Of a stretch of 64,000 nt of DNA, positions 47,365 through 57,322 are shown piece by piece. A model generated the notes under the pieces. That model searched no databases. It worked only from the letters and a program-made list of their open reading frames with translations, and was not told the DNA's origin. The translations under genes were made by a program, and so were the position numbers. Numbering within the stretch: the first letter of the stretch is position 1; each line of letters opens with the position of its first letter. The DNA comes from a virus: IMG/VR virus record IMGVR_UViG_3300046170_000301; one strand, given 5' to 3'.

Positions 47365-49011
47365 TTAATAGTTCCACATGTATGAAACATCTTCTTGGGT
47401 ATCGCCATACCAGACAGTTCCATCAGTAACTATACCTTCATCTCCTTCTAGTCCAGTTACAATAAATCCAAACGGAGACATGTCCTGTTCTATTTGATTT
47501 TTTTGTTCTTCGTAAATTCTTTTACGAACGTCGTTATCTGTCATTTCTTTAAAGTAATCTTGGGTTGCCAACCACGCAAAAATTACCAGACACATAACTA
47601 AGTCGTCATGAAATCCCTCGTCAGCTTCAAACGATTGTTTCTTTTGAATAAAAGTTGTTAGTTCGTTGATAATATCGTAATCTCGGAAAAGTAGTTTGTC
47701 GTCTTCGACCATTTGCTTAAGATTAGCACATCCTTGTTTCTTAACAGTGACGCTCATCTTAACGCCTAACTGAGTTTTATTTCCAGAAAATCCTTGCCCC
47801 ACAAGTTGACCAGCACGACCTCTCATCGAGCACATTAAAACATTTGGATACTCTAAGTCATATTGTAAAATTGACGCTACTTGGTCGCCAACATCATTTA
47901 CTTCACAAAGGACATAAGCATGATTATATGCTCTTGCCACATCATTAATTATGTTAGGAAAGAGCATAGGTTTTATTTCATTGTTACGAAACTTAGCAAC
48001 TATCTGATAGGGGACAGTTGTAATATCGAATACAATAAAAGCAGAATAATCACCACCGATTCCTCTACTAACATCAGCAGTGATGATATACTCTTTATTA
48101 GATTTTGGTTCTTCGTAAACATTAAATCCTTTATTAGTTCTGATAGGAGTATCAAAAACTAATGAGCGAAGTTTTGAAGCAGCAATCAGCGTATCAACAG
48201 AACCCAAGAACTCACATTCAAATTCCTGAGTGAACTGACGCTCGGACGTGTTCTTAATTGTTTCTTCTTTCCACTTCTCATCACGCCCAGGAACTTCAGA
48301 CCAATGGACTTCAGTCCACACATAGTTGTTTCTTTTGTTTTGAGCATCAACCCACAACTTATAGAAGTGGTTCATACCATACGGGGTTGAAATGATAATA
48401 ACTTTTGTTTTTTGTCCAGAAGAAATTGTAGGATATACTGAACTGAAAAAGTCATCAGCGATATGATTTGGAACGAAAGCAAACTCGTCCAAGAAGATGA
48501 TGTTAAATGACATACCACGAACAGCAGATGCTGATGTGGACGCTGCCATAATCTTAGAACCATTTTCCAGTTCCATAGAACCTTTGTTCCAAGCAATCAC
48601 ACCTTGCTGTAACCACTTAGGAAGATTCTCGTATGCTGTCTGTAATCTTCCTAATAGGTCACGGGCAGTAGATGCTTTGTTAGCAAGAATACCAATGTTT
48701 GAATTGTCATTGAACAAAGCATAATGAAGAAGATAGGAAACAACAACAGTTGACTTTCCCGTCTGCCTCGGCAGTTTAGCAATATTAAATCTATTGTTGT
48801 GAAATTTTTCTACTAATTCTTTTTGGAACTTATACATCCTAAAAGGAATCAGACCTTCATCAACAGAAACAATTTTTACATAATTTAAAGCAAAATATAC
48901 AGGGTCTTCCTTACACTTTACATATTCTTCAATCTGCTTTTTTGTCCACTGATGTTGGACGTTTGCTTTCTTAAGTAACGGATTACCTAAGTATATCTGG
49001 TCACTTGCCAT
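47365..49011 (-). CDS. g17: Terminase large subunit (gp17)
   Basis: PRQTGKST, LDEFAF, ISTP, HDDLVM. Confidence 0.97.
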   Translation of the reverse strand: MASDQIYLGNPLLKKANVQHQWTKKQIEEYVKCKEDPVYFALNYVKIVSVDEGLIPFRMYKFQKELVEKFHNNRFNIAKLPRQTGKSTVVVSYLLHYALFNDNSNIGILANKASTARDLLGRLQTAYENLPKWLQQGVIAWNKGSMELENGSKIMAASTSASAVRGMSFNIIFLDEFAFVPNHIADDFFSSVYPTISSGQKTKVIIISTPYGMNHFYKLWVDAQNKRNNYVWTEVHWSEVPGRDEKWKEETIKNTSERQFTQEFECEFLGSVDTLIAASKLRSLVFDTPIRTNKGFNVYEEPKSNKEYIITADVSRGIGGDYSAFIVFDITTVPYQIVAKFRNNEIKPMLFPNIINDVARAYNHAYVLCEVNDVGDQVASILQYDLEYPNVLMCSMRGRAGQLVGQGFSGNKTQLGVKMSVTVKKQGCANLKQMVEDDKLLFRDYDIINELTTFIQKKQSFEADEGFHDDLVMCLVIFAWLATQDYFKEMTDNDVRKRIYEEQKNQIEQDMSPFGFIVTGLEGDEGIVTDGTVWYGDTQEDVSYMWNY

Positions 49012-49237
49012 CTGCCCTATCTAACTCCTTTTGTATTACACCCATACGGTTAAACCTTTCTTCCCAACCTTTTCCATCGGTGCTACCTTTTACTGGGTTG
49101 ATACAAGAGTCGTCTCCGAACTTATCACAAACAATTGATGCTAATTCTGTTTCATTTCCTTTTTTGTTTGTGCCAGTCCAGTAATGCTGACCATCAATCC
49201 AAGTAGCGCCGCACTTGGGACAGGTTTTAATTTCCAT
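49001..49237 (-). CDS. Small Cys-rich hypothetical protein
   Basis: CPKC..W..GQHYW...C...CINP. Confidence 0.7.
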   Translation of the reverse strand: MEIKTCPKCGATWIDGQHYWTGTNKKGNETELASIVCDKFGDDSCINPVKGSTDGKGWEERFNRMGVIQKELDRADGK

Positions 49238-49309
49238 TGTAATAATATGAAACAGTATACTATTTAGTATATACTGCTATATCCGTAACAATAATTACTA
49301 AAGTTTTGT

Positions 49310-49786
49310 TTAGCAGTTCCAAGCTCTTAGAGATTTATTAATTCTGCTATCGGGGTCGTTTGCTGTTTTTTTAGAAGTTTCTTTCTTTTTCATACCTTTC
49401 ATTCTGGCACAAAAAGATTTTCTACGAGGGTTATCTTTATCTTTTGATGGACGTTTTAAATCAGAACCAGGATTTTCTTTTTCGTATGATTTTCTTCCTT
49501 TCTCGTTAAGACCACCTTCTTTATTCTGACCAGATTTTTTTGTCCAAGCAGCACCCTCATTCACAGATTCATTCATATTACTATCCATATAATCTGCTAC
49601 CGAATCAAGATAATCAGCGGCACGAGTTAGTTTAGATTGAACCCAAGATTCAATTTGCCCTTGTCCTTGAACGTGCTTGCTTATTCTTTCAACAGCATTC
49701 ATAGAAACATCAAGTTCTCTACGAATCATATCGTATTCATCATAATACTCATTAAGTTGTTTTCTCAATTCTCTAAAAGTTTTCAT
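49310..49786 (-). CDS. Putative internal head protein (DUF6321-like C-terminus)
   Basis: MKTFRELR start with GGAGG SD; WVQSKLT..A.DYL module; GGLN.KGR..RRKSFCARM...WNC module. Confidence 0.7.
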   Translation of the reverse strand: MKTFRELRKQLNEYYDEYDMIRRELDVSMNAVERISKHVQGQGQIESWVQSKLTRAADYLDSVADYMDSNMNESVNEGAAWTKKSGQNKEGGLNEKGRKSYEKENPGSDLKRPSKDKDNPRRKSFCARMKGMKKKETSKKTANDPDSRINKSLRAWNC

Positions 49787-49791
49787 TAATA

Positions 49792-50331
49792 TCAACCTCC
49801 AACTACAGCAACTTCGTCTACATACATTTTCAAACCGTTATTCGTATCTCCTTGACCAGAAACTTTTGCTGATTTTGCCAAAGTAGCAAATCCAGTAAAA
49901 GCATCTAAACCTGAACAATCAGCACTTACTGTAATATCATTACCACTGATTGCTGTAATTTCTACGTGAGTTACTTGTGTGTTATATCCAGCAACAGAAG
50001 AACCTTGTAACTTTACATATTCACCAACTTGAAAAGGATTACTGTTTCCTTCAGCAGTTAAAACACAAGGATTTGCTGAAGTAGCAGATACAATTCGTGC
50101 TCTTTTTGGAGAACTTCCTTTTACAATAACTTCCGAACCAGATAGAACGTGACTAGCATCTGGGTCTGTGCTGGCGTCTGGATTGCCATTTATAGAAAAA
50201 TGTGCTGACCTATCAGCAGCATTTGAGATTCTATACAGACCAGTTTTGATAATGTAACCAGCACTTTGAACTGGGTCATCGGCATTATCTAACAAGTCCC
50301 CAATATGTTGAACTACTTTAAAAATTGCCAT
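49792..50331 (-). CDS. Hypothetical virion-associated protein
   Basis: 179 aa beta-rich, late box upstream. Confidence 0.65.
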   Translation of the reverse strand: MAIFKVVQHIGDLLDNADDPVQSAGYIIKTGLYRISNAADRSAHFSINGNPDASTDPDASHVLSGSEVIVKGSSPKRARIVSATSANPCVLTAEGNSNPFQVGEYVKLQGSSVAGYNTQVTHVEITAISGNDITVSADCSGLDAFTGFATLAKSAKVSGQGDTNNGLKMYVDEVAVVGG

Positions 50332-50349
50332 TACATTTACGCTTTATTT

Positions 50350-50772
50350 TTATTTATCTGTAGGCATGTTTTTGTTGACCTGCTTCAACATTTTCTGAAG
50401 GTCTGCTGTTGAACCAAAGAACATTGTATTGTTAACTGTTTGTGGAGCAGAACCTTTTGTTGGAGCATCAAGGTCTTTCATCTTTTTCTGTAAATCAATT
50501 AATTTGTCAGAAAGGTCTCCAACCTGCTTCATAGCGTTCACAGCGACCTCATACGCTCTGGGGTGTCCTGACTCCTGAGCAACCTCTAAAGCGCCCTGAA
50601 TCGCCTCCTGACCCTTTTCAATGAGGCTATAGAGTTGACCTCTGGTATACTCATAATCAGCATCAGAATGTTCTTCTTTTTCTACTGTTTTTTTCTCTTC
50701 TACTTTTTCAATAGAAGATGCTGTAATATCGATATCAAGAATATCTTCCATATTTTTTTCAAACTCATTCAT
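50350..50772 (-). CDS. g16: Terminase small subunit (gp16)
   Basis: DYEYTRG.LY, HPRAYEV, FFGSTADLQK. Confidence 0.93.
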   Translation of the reverse strand: MNEFEKNMEDILDIDITASSIEKVEEKKTVEKEEHSDADYEYTRGQLYSLIEKGQEAIQGALEVAQESGHPRAYEVAVNAMKQVGDLSDKLIDLQKKMKDLDAPTKGSAPQTVNNTMFFGSTADLQKMLKQVNKNMPTDK

Positions 50773-50776
50773 AACT

Positions 50777-51589
50777 TCAATACAATTCTATGTCTCCATT
50801 AAATCCGAAATCGTCATCTGGCATCACTAAAGCATCATCTGCTTGGTCAATAACGGTATCGTTATTTTTATCCTCAAGTGCTTTTGGTGTGTAAGTAAGT
50901 TTTGTTGCTCTTCTGCTTTCTTGTAAATCACCAATGGTTTCATAGATGATTGCTTTTCTGATAACATCAGATTGATTGAATGGACCGTAGATATATGACT
51001 TAGCATTAAATGATAGTTTCCAGTCAATCATTCTTCTTGTCATAAAACTATCATCCCATTCATCAGAATAATCAATGTTGTTTAGGACAATAGCAACATC
51101 ACGTTTTTCATCCATATCTGGAATGAAGTTAATTGTGATGTTAAAGTTTGGTTGAAAATATGGTAGAATTTGTTCAAGAATTTGTAGACCATCATCTTGA
51201 TTCTTGGCGAGAATACCCAAGTCAAAAGTCATGTTGTATGGAATAGGAACATACTGAACCTTTACTTCATTACCATTATCATCAACAATATTTCTATACT
51301 TTCTTATTGGACTGGTCTTTCTTGCTCCGTCATATCCAATAGAAGTCATTTCAAAATACATTCTTGGTAACTTCATATACTCATAAGGTCTACCAGGAGT
51401 TGGGTCTGGATTCTGTTCAATACGAGTCAAGAACTTATCCTTTGGACCATAACCAAGAGGAACTTTTTGAACTTCAAGAATATCTTTGGTTTCTGGGTCT
51501 TTTCTTTGAACCTCGATATTATTAAAAAGCGTTCCGAAACCAACAACAGTTTTTCGTATTGCTTCGTTATAAAAGTGCGTACTTAACAT
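50777..51589 (-). CDS. g15: Tail sheath stabiliser (gp15)
   Basis: FGTLFNNI, LPRM.FE, QILEQILPYFQP. Confidence 0.95.
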   Translation of the reverse strand: MLSTHFYNEAIRKTVVGFGTLFNNIEVQRKDPETKDILEVQKVPLGYGPKDKFLTRIEQNPDPTPGRPYEYMKLPRMYFEMTSIGYDGARKTSPIRKYRNIVDDNGNEVKVQYVPIPYNMTFDLGILAKNQDDGLQILEQILPYFQPNFNITINFIPDMDEKRDVAIVLNNIDYSDEWDDSFMTRRMIDWKLSFNAKSYIYGPFNQSDVIRKAIIYETIGDLQESRRATKLTYTPKALEDKNNDTVIDQADDALVMPDDDFGFNGDIELY

Positions 51590-52455
51590 TAGAAACTATC
51601 CATAAAATTGCCGTATTCACCGAATGGATTCTTCTCGCTAAAGTCAAGAATACCATCTCCTTCATCTTCAATGTATTTATTTTGGTCGTATTTGGTATTT
51701 GTATCTTCTAAGGTATCGAAGAACTCCACTTGCCATGAAGCAGTAGCACCTGATACTACTTCACCTTCTTCAAAAGTTCCGTCACGTTGAACAACAACAA
51801 GTTCTCTTGTTGTAGAATCCCAAGTCACAACATCAGCTTTAGTTCCAGTGTTAGCACCAACAACTTCTTCTTTCTCTACAAAGTCACCAGTTCCGCCCGC
51901 TGCCATGGTAAGTGTAATAGAAGCACTGAGAATATTATCAATAAGGTCAATACCATCGATACCTGTATCAATCTTCTCGTTACCGATTTCATAGATTTCT
52001 GCTGTAATCTGATAGAAATAAAGTTTTCCTAACTGGTGAAACGTTGCCTCAATTTCTACATATTTAATCTCATATAAATCTTTAGTCAAAGGGAAGAATA
52101 ATAAATCCCCTTCCAATGGTCTTAGTCCAAGATTAAAACTTCCAGATTCTTGAACCCATCGTCTTTGAGATACGGCAAACTTAATCTCATCAGTTACCTT
52201 CAATCCAAACTTAGTAATAAACTCAGCATCAGAACCAAACCCTTCTACATTCTGTAGAATCATTTCTACTTGAAACTGCTCTTCATACTTAGAGTAGATA
52301 ACATCACTTAATGTATTATCTTTCAAGATAGTTCTTGGTAGATAATAGATATCTGTTCCAAATAATTTAATTTGTTCGTCAACTAAATCCTGAACGAGGT
52401 TTTGCTCGCCAGAATAACCCCCGTAATAACTTGGAAAATAAGGACTTGTAGGCAT
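51589..52455 (-). CDS. g14: Neck protein (gp14)
   Basis: EQNLVQDL..EQIK, RP.EGDL..FP, DFSEKNPFG. Confidence 0.95.
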   Translation of the reverse strand: MPTSPYFPSYYGGYSGEQNLVQDLVDEQIKLFGTDIYYLPRTILKDNTLSDVIYSKYEEQFQVEMILQNVEGFGSDAEFITKFGLKVTDEIKFAVSQRRWVQESGSFNLGLRPLEGDLLFFPLTKDLYEIKYVEIEATFHQLGKLYFYQITAEIYEIGNEKIDTGIDGIDLIDNILSASITLTMAAGGTGDFVEKEEVVGANTGTKADVVTWDSTTRELVVVQRDGTFEEGEVVSGATASWQVEFFDTLEDTNTKYDQNKYIEDEGDGILDFSEKNPFGEYGNFMDSF

Positions 52456-52459
52456 AAGT

Positions 52460-53290
52460 TTAACCAATAGCATCCATTGGTGGTAAAGTATACTTAAGTG
52501 GCATATCTGCCTCTAATTGATTCACTTCATTTTCACCATCTTCCCAAATCTGTCTTCCATTTAACGTAATACCACCAGGAAGTTGAACGTTGTTATATTT
52601 AATTAGATTCTGTCCCCACTGTCTTTTCATAAGAGCAGTAGCATATCGTTTTACAAAACTATCATTATAAACTTGTGTCCATTCTTCTGGGTTTAAAGCA
52701 CGATGACAATCAATCAACAAATAGTTTCCTTCTTGAATCCTTGCTACATCAATATCAAGGTATAATCTATCCTGTCTTTTATTAAATCTATATTCCACCA
52801 AAGCACCAGTATTAACAATCATATCCATTGTCTCAAAATACTGGCGAATCATATAATAGTTGGTCATATCAAAGTTACCAAAAGCAAATCCTGATGAGAA
52901 TGAAAACACATCCATCAGGAAATACTGGTTACTTAAACCAAACAAATCATTACGAATCCAATTTGATGATACTCCAAATACTTTTGAAATTCCAATAACA
53001 TGGTCTGGAACTTCAATAAAATTCTTTCTATTTTCCCATGTAGCACCATCTGGGTCAGCAGTAGATGTTAACTCATCAGATTCTGTAAATCTTGTTACAT
53101 CTTCAGCAGTAATTAAATGCTTCAGATACATTCTCTCAACGCCATCATAATGCCACTCTTGATAAAACTGAATGGTAGTATCTATAATATCATCTACTTG
53201 TTCATCTGCTATATTAATTTGTAAAACAGGAGCACCAAGTTGACGCTTACAATAATCAACTAATTCCTGTCTTGTTGATGGCTTTGCCAT
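52460..53290 (-). CDS. g13: Neck protein (gp13)
   Basis: LGAPV.QIN, K.QWGQNL.KY, LPGG..LNG. Confidence 0.95.
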   Translation of the reverse strand: MAKPSTRQELVDYCKRQLGAPVLQINIADEQVDDIIDTTIQFYQEWHYDGVERMYLKHLITAEDVTRFTESDELTSTADPDGATWENRKNFIEVPDHVIGISKVFGVSSNWIRNDLFGLSNQYFLMDVFSFSSGFAFGNFDMTNYYMIRQYFETMDMIVNTGALVEYRFNKRQDRLYLDIDVARIQEGNYLLIDCHRALNPEEWTQVYNDSFVKRYATALMKRQWGQNLIKYNNVQLPGGITLNGRQIWEDGENEVNQLEADMPLKYTLPPMDAIG

Positions 53291-53303
53291 TTAATTAGAT
53301 ACT

Positions 53304-53338
53304 AAAAATCCCTACCTGTATTTATCAGATAGGGATTT
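53304..53338 (-). terminator. Terminator hairpin whose loop is the g13 late promoter
   Basis: AAATCCCTATCTG-ATAAATA-CAGGTAGGGATTT-TT. Confidence 0.65.
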
Positions 53339-53342
53339 GGGT

Positions 53343-53525
53343 TTACTCTTCTGTTGTCTCTTCTGGTTTATTTTGCTCTTCAAGAAGTCCGAGTGTCTCA
53401 AGACCACCTTGAAGTTTCAGTTTGTATTCTTTCGCTTTTTCCAGATTTGCTTCCAGATCTACAATCTGTTTTTCTGCTTGAGCAAGTTGATCTTCAAAAT
53501 TCTTTTTGAGTGCTTCAGTGTCCAT
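53343..53525 (-). CDS. Small coiled-coil protein
   Basis: 60 aa heptads; TATAAATA at 53554-53561. Confidence 0.75.
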   Translation of the reverse strand: MDTEALKKNFEDQLAQAEKQIVDLEANLEKAKEYKLKLQGGLETLGLLEEQNKPEETTEE

Positions 53526-53561
53526 GTCTCTAATATAAAATGATGTGACGAATTATTTATA

Positions 53562-53669
53562 TTAATAATTTTCAGTCATCTGCTCAAGTTTGATGTCTGA
53601 TATTCTTGCTAGAAAGTCAATCTTATCTAATTCTGTTGTTGAGAAGATTGCGAAGTTTCTTTTTTCTAA
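53562..53669 (-). pseudogene. Start-less gene remnant behind a late promoter
   Basis: Open frame LEKRNFAIFSTTELDKIDFLARISDIKLEQMTENY* directly after TATAAATA (53671-53678), no upstream ATG. Confidence 0.35.
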
Positions 53670-53780
53670 CTATTTATAGTTATATTTTAAGTAAGACCAT
53701 ATCTAGATTTGAATAGGTAGTAATTATCAGAAATTTCAGTCCGCTTTTACACGGGGCGGGTTGCCGATTAGAGTCCAGCG

Positions 53781-54017
53781 TCAGTTAAGCGTTTTTCCCC
53801 GAATAATTGCGTTCTCAAAAGGCTGAAGGTCTTCTTCGTTCCAATAATCTTTTTCGACCATCAGCTCAAGGTGCCTGACATTGCGATCGACTGTTGCTAC
53901 TTGTTCCTCGTCTAGAGAATCAAGATCCATCAACTCGTTGATCAGATTTACGCTGTCCATGGTGGCAGAGTAGTGCTGCGCAATTTCTTCAGCAGTAGGG
54001 GTGTAAACAGTAGTCAT
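53781..54017 (-). CDS. Hypothetical protein, probable fibre partner
   Basis: 78 aa, GGAG SD, same GC-richer composition as the fibre C-terminus. Confidence 0.7.
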   Translation of the reverse strand: MTTVYTPTAEEIAQHYSATMDSVNLINELMDLDSLDEEQVATVDRNVRHLELMVEKDYWNEEDLQPFENAIIRGKTLN

Positions 54018-54046
54018 AGAAAAACTCCAAAGTAAGAGGTTGGTTT

Positions 54047-56854
54047 TTAAGCGCTATTAAGCGCTGCGATTTCAGCTTGCAGATCCTTGACCATAGTGGT
54101 CAATTCTTGTACGGCATTAACCAGTACAGGAACGAGGTGCTCGCCTTTGTACTTTAAGCGCTCGGGATCTTCAACGTCAATGATGACGGGATTGTCACCC
54201 TCAAGCGCAAGGATGTCCTGTGCTTTAAAGCCATAGCGCACATCACCGTTAGGCTTTTCGGTGTTGCGATCCACCTTGAATTGATAGGCGGTTGGCTGTA
54301 ATTGATTAACAAAGTCCAGACCATAAGGAACTGGAGCGAAGTTCATCTTGTCACGCTCGTCTGATACGACAGTCCAGGCAACCTGAACATATGCGTTGGT
54401 GATAGCAGTGTGACCCAGGACAAGACGGTTGTCTTCTGTTGTGGGGTCAAACACTGGCGCATATGTTCCAGCATTGTTCAGGAAGCCGATTCCGATATTT
54501 CCAGAGCCAGTGGTGTTGTTACGGAGAGCTTCGTATCCATTAGCTGTGTTATTAACGCCAGTGGTGTTGCTACGGAGAGCACCTCTTCCAGTAGCTGTGT
54601 TGTTATCGCCAGTGGTGTTGCTATAGAGAGCTTGGTATCCATTAGCTGTGTTATTAACGCCAGTGGTGCTGCTATAGAGAGCTTGGTATCCATTAGCTGT
54701 GTTATTAACGCCAGTGGTGTTGTTAAGGAGAGCTTGGTATCCAGTAGCTGTGTTGTTATCGCCAGTGGTGTTGCTAAAGAGAGCACTTAATCCATTAGCT
54801 GTGTTGAAATTGCCAGTAGTGTTGTTACGGAGAGCACTTAATCCAGTAGCTGTGTTGTTAGAACCAGTGGTGTTGCTACGGAGAGCTTCTCTTCCAGTAG
54901 CTGTGTTGCTATTGCCAGTGGTGTTGCTATAGAGAGCTTGGTATCCATTAGCTGTGTTATTAACGCCAGTGGTGCTGTTACGGAGAGCTTGGAATCCATT
55001 AGCTATGTTGTTATCGCCAGTGGTGTTGCTATAGAGAGCTTGGTATCCATTAGCTGTGTTGAAATCGCCAGTGGTGTTTTCACGGAGAGCTAGGTATCCA
55101 GTAGCTATGTTGCTATTGCCTTCGGTGTTGCTATAGAGAGCTAGGTATCCATTAGCTGTGTTGTTATTGCCAGTGGTGTTGCTATAGAGAGCACCTATTC
55201 CAGTAGCTGTGTTGTTATTGCCTTCGGTGTTGCTATAGAGAGCATCTTTTCCAGTAGCTGTGTTGTCATCACCAGTGGTGTTGCTATAGAGAGCATCTTG
55301 TCCAGTAGCTGTGTTGTCATCACCAGTGGTGTTGCTACGGAGAGCACCTTGTCCAGTAGCTGTGTTGTCATCACCAGTGGTGTTGTTACGGAGAGCTAGG
55401 TATCCATTAGCTGTGTTGTTAGTACCAGTGGTGTTGCTACGGAGAGCACTTAATCCATTAGCTGTGTTTAAATTGCCAGTGGTGTTGTCACGGAGAGCAT
55501 AAAATCCATTAGCTGTGTTGAAATAGCCAGTGGTGTTGCTATAGAGAGCATCTCTTCCAGTAGCTGTGTTGTAATAGCCAGTGGTGTTGCTATAGAGAGC
55601 TAGGTATCCATTAGCTGTGTTCTCACTGCCAGTGGTGTTGCTATAGAGAGCTTGGTATCCAGTAGCTATGTTGCTATTGCCAGTGGTGTTGCTAAAGAGA
55701 GCTTGGTATCCATTAGCTGTGTTATTAACGCCAGTGGTGTTGCTATAGAGAGCTTGGTATCCATTAGCTGTGTTATTAACGCCAGTGGTGTTGCTATAGA
55801 GAGCTTGGTATCCATTAGCTGTGTTGTAATCGCCAGTGGTGTTGTTACGGAGAGCACCTCTTCCAGTAGCTGTGTTGTTATCGCCAGTGGTGTTGCTAAA
55901 GAGAGCTTGGTGTCCATTAGCTGTGTTGTAATTGCCAGTGGTGTTGCTAAAGAGAGCTCTTGATCCATTAGCTGTGTTGCTATTGCCAGTGGTGTTGCTA
56001 TAGAGAGCATCTTGTCCAGTAGCTGTGTTTAAATTGCCAGTGGTGTTGTTACGGAGAGCACTTATTCCATTAGCTGTGTTGCTATTGCCAGTGGTGTTGC
56101 TATAGAGAGGACTTATTCCAGTAGCTGTGTTGTTATTGCCAGTGGTGTTGTTACGGAGAGCACTTATTCCATTAGCTGTGTTGTAATTGCCAGTGGTGTT
56201 GCTACGGAGAGCTTGGTATCCATTAGCTGTGTTGTAATCGCCAGTGGTGTTTTCACGGAGAGCTTGGTATCCAGTAGCTGTGTTTCTATTGCCTTCGGTG
56301 TTGCTATAGAGAGCTAGGTATCCATTAGCTGTGTTGCTATCGCCAGTGGTGTTGCTATAGAGAGCATCTCTTCCAGTAGCTGTGTTGTTATCGCCAGTGG
56401 TGTTAGCAGCTAAAGTGCCAGATCCTAAAGCCGTATTTGTAGAAACACCGCCCGAGCCCAGTCCAACAGTAACTGTATTAATCAATGCGTCGCCATTGAC
56501 ATCGAGCAAGGCTTGAGGATTACTCGTCCCGATTCCCACATCGCCACTGAACGTTCCGTTGAAAGCACCAATATCACTTACATTAATATTACCTGATCCA
56601 TCACGAAGAACCAGTTTGTTTGCAGTAGCAGAAGTATCAGCATCGTTAGTAACATAGATGCTGTAATAGTTACTTCCATCATTAGTTAGTTGCCAACGAG
56701 GAGTTCCAAAGAATGCATCATTGGACTCCCTCCATTTGAGGGCAACATCAGTGCCGCTTGTTCCTCTTGCAACTGTGATAAATGCGCCCGTTGCTACACC
56801 TGTCTCGTTTAGACTTAAACCATATTGAATGTCTAATGGTTTTTTAATTGCCAT
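54047..56854 (-). CDS. Tail fibre/adhesin with beta-roll repeats and C-terminal peptidase S74 intramolecular chaperone
   Basis: VGIGTSNP fibre motif; 37 x 17-aa repeats; SDERDK...GL..V..L.P...GFKAQD...L..AVQEL coiled coil. Confidence 0.9.
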   Translation of the reverse strand: MAIKKPLDIQYGLSLNETGVATGAFITVARGTSGTDVALKWRESNDAFFGTPRWQLTNDGSNYYSIYVTNDADTSATANKLVLRDGSGNINVSDIGAFNGTFSGDVGIGTSNPQALLDVNGDALINTVTVGLGSGGVSTNTALGSGTLAANTTGDNNTATGRDALYSNTTGDSNTANGYLALYSNTEGNRNTATGYQALRENTTGDYNTANGYQALRSNTTGNYNTANGISALRNNTTGNNNTATGISPLYSNTTGNSNTANGISALRNNTTGNLNTATGQDALYSNTTGNSNTANGSRALFSNTTGNYNTANGHQALFSNTTGDNNTATGRGALRNNTTGDYNTANGYQALYSNTTGVNNTANGYQALYSNTTGVNNTANGYQALFSNTTGNSNIATGYQALYSNTTGSENTANGYLALYSNTTGYYNTATGRDALYSNTTGYFNTANGFYALRDNTTGNLNTANGLSALRSNTTGTNNTANGYLALRNNTTGDDNTATGQGALRSNTTGDDNTATGQDALYSNTTGDDNTATGKDALYSNTEGNNNTATGIGALYSNTTGNNNTANGYLALYSNTEGNSNIATGYLALRENTTGDFNTANGYQALYSNTTGDNNIANGFQALRNSTTGVNNTANGYQALYSNTTGNSNTATGREALRSNTTGSNNTATGLSALRNNTTGNFNTANGLSALFSNTTGDNNTATGYQALLNNTTGVNNTANGYQALYSSTTGVNNTANGYQALYSNTTGDNNTATGRGALRSNTTGVNNTANGYEALRNNTTGSGNIGIGFLNNAGTYAPVFDPTTEDNRLVLGHTAITNAYVQVAWTVVSDERDKMNFAPVPYGLDFVNQLQPTAYQFKVDRNTEKPNGDVRYGFKAQDILALEGDNPVIIDVEDPERLKYKGEHLVPVLVNAVQELTTMVKDLQAEIAALNSA
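54518..56404 (-). repeat. Tandem array of 37 x 51-bp units (NTTGxxNTA[N/T]GxxALxx)
   Basis: Units counted from the translation; 37 x 51 = 1887 bp matches the boundaries exactly. Confidence 0.95.
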
Positions 56855-56866
56855 TTTTTATTGCTC

Positions 56867-57322
56867 TTATGCTGTTAATGAAATTCTAGAAATTTTGGTG
56901 GTAGTGTTTGAAACTGAAGGGGATATCAATAAACGAACATTTCCAGAATCAATATCAGCGTCAATGGAAGTTACTGGTGAACTATCCGTATTTAGCGTTC
57001 CGTATTGAGTTATGTAGACTTCAGAACCATCATGCATAATAAAAACTTCAGTACTATAGAAATTGGAAGATCCCGTTTCTTGTACTTGTACTAAGTATTT
57101 AGTCGTTCTAAAGTCCGAAGCAGCAAAAGAATCTGCGACAAATTGAGCACCTGAAGTATCTACAACAAGACTTGTATCAATAGTAGATACATCATCAATA
57201 TTGACACTCTCAAGAGCAGTTGCACCAGTTAGTACCTGATAAACATCCAGACCAATAGAATTGATCTTCTGCCTTTGAATTTCAAAGGTATCTGATTTAA
57301 GTACGATTATTTGAGTCGGCAT
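56867..57322 (-). CDS. Virion structural protein (fibre-associated)
   Basis: DTFEIQRQKIN N-terminus; KYLVQV...E....HDG..VY.TQYG motif. Confidence 0.7.
   Translation of the reverse strand: MPTQIIVLKSDTFEIQRQKINSIGLDVYQVLTGATALESVNIDDVSTIDTSLVVDTSGAQFVADSFAASDFRTTKYLVQVQETGSSNFYSTEVFIMHDGSEVYITQYGTLNTDSSPVTSIDADIDSGNVRLLISPSVSNTTTKISRISLTA

Noticed and set aside
54518-56404. Diversity-generating retroelement or CRISPR array
   Set aside because: No reverse transcriptase or template repeat in the window, and silent adenines (ACA, GGA) are invariant. The units are in-frame coding repeats without unique spacers.
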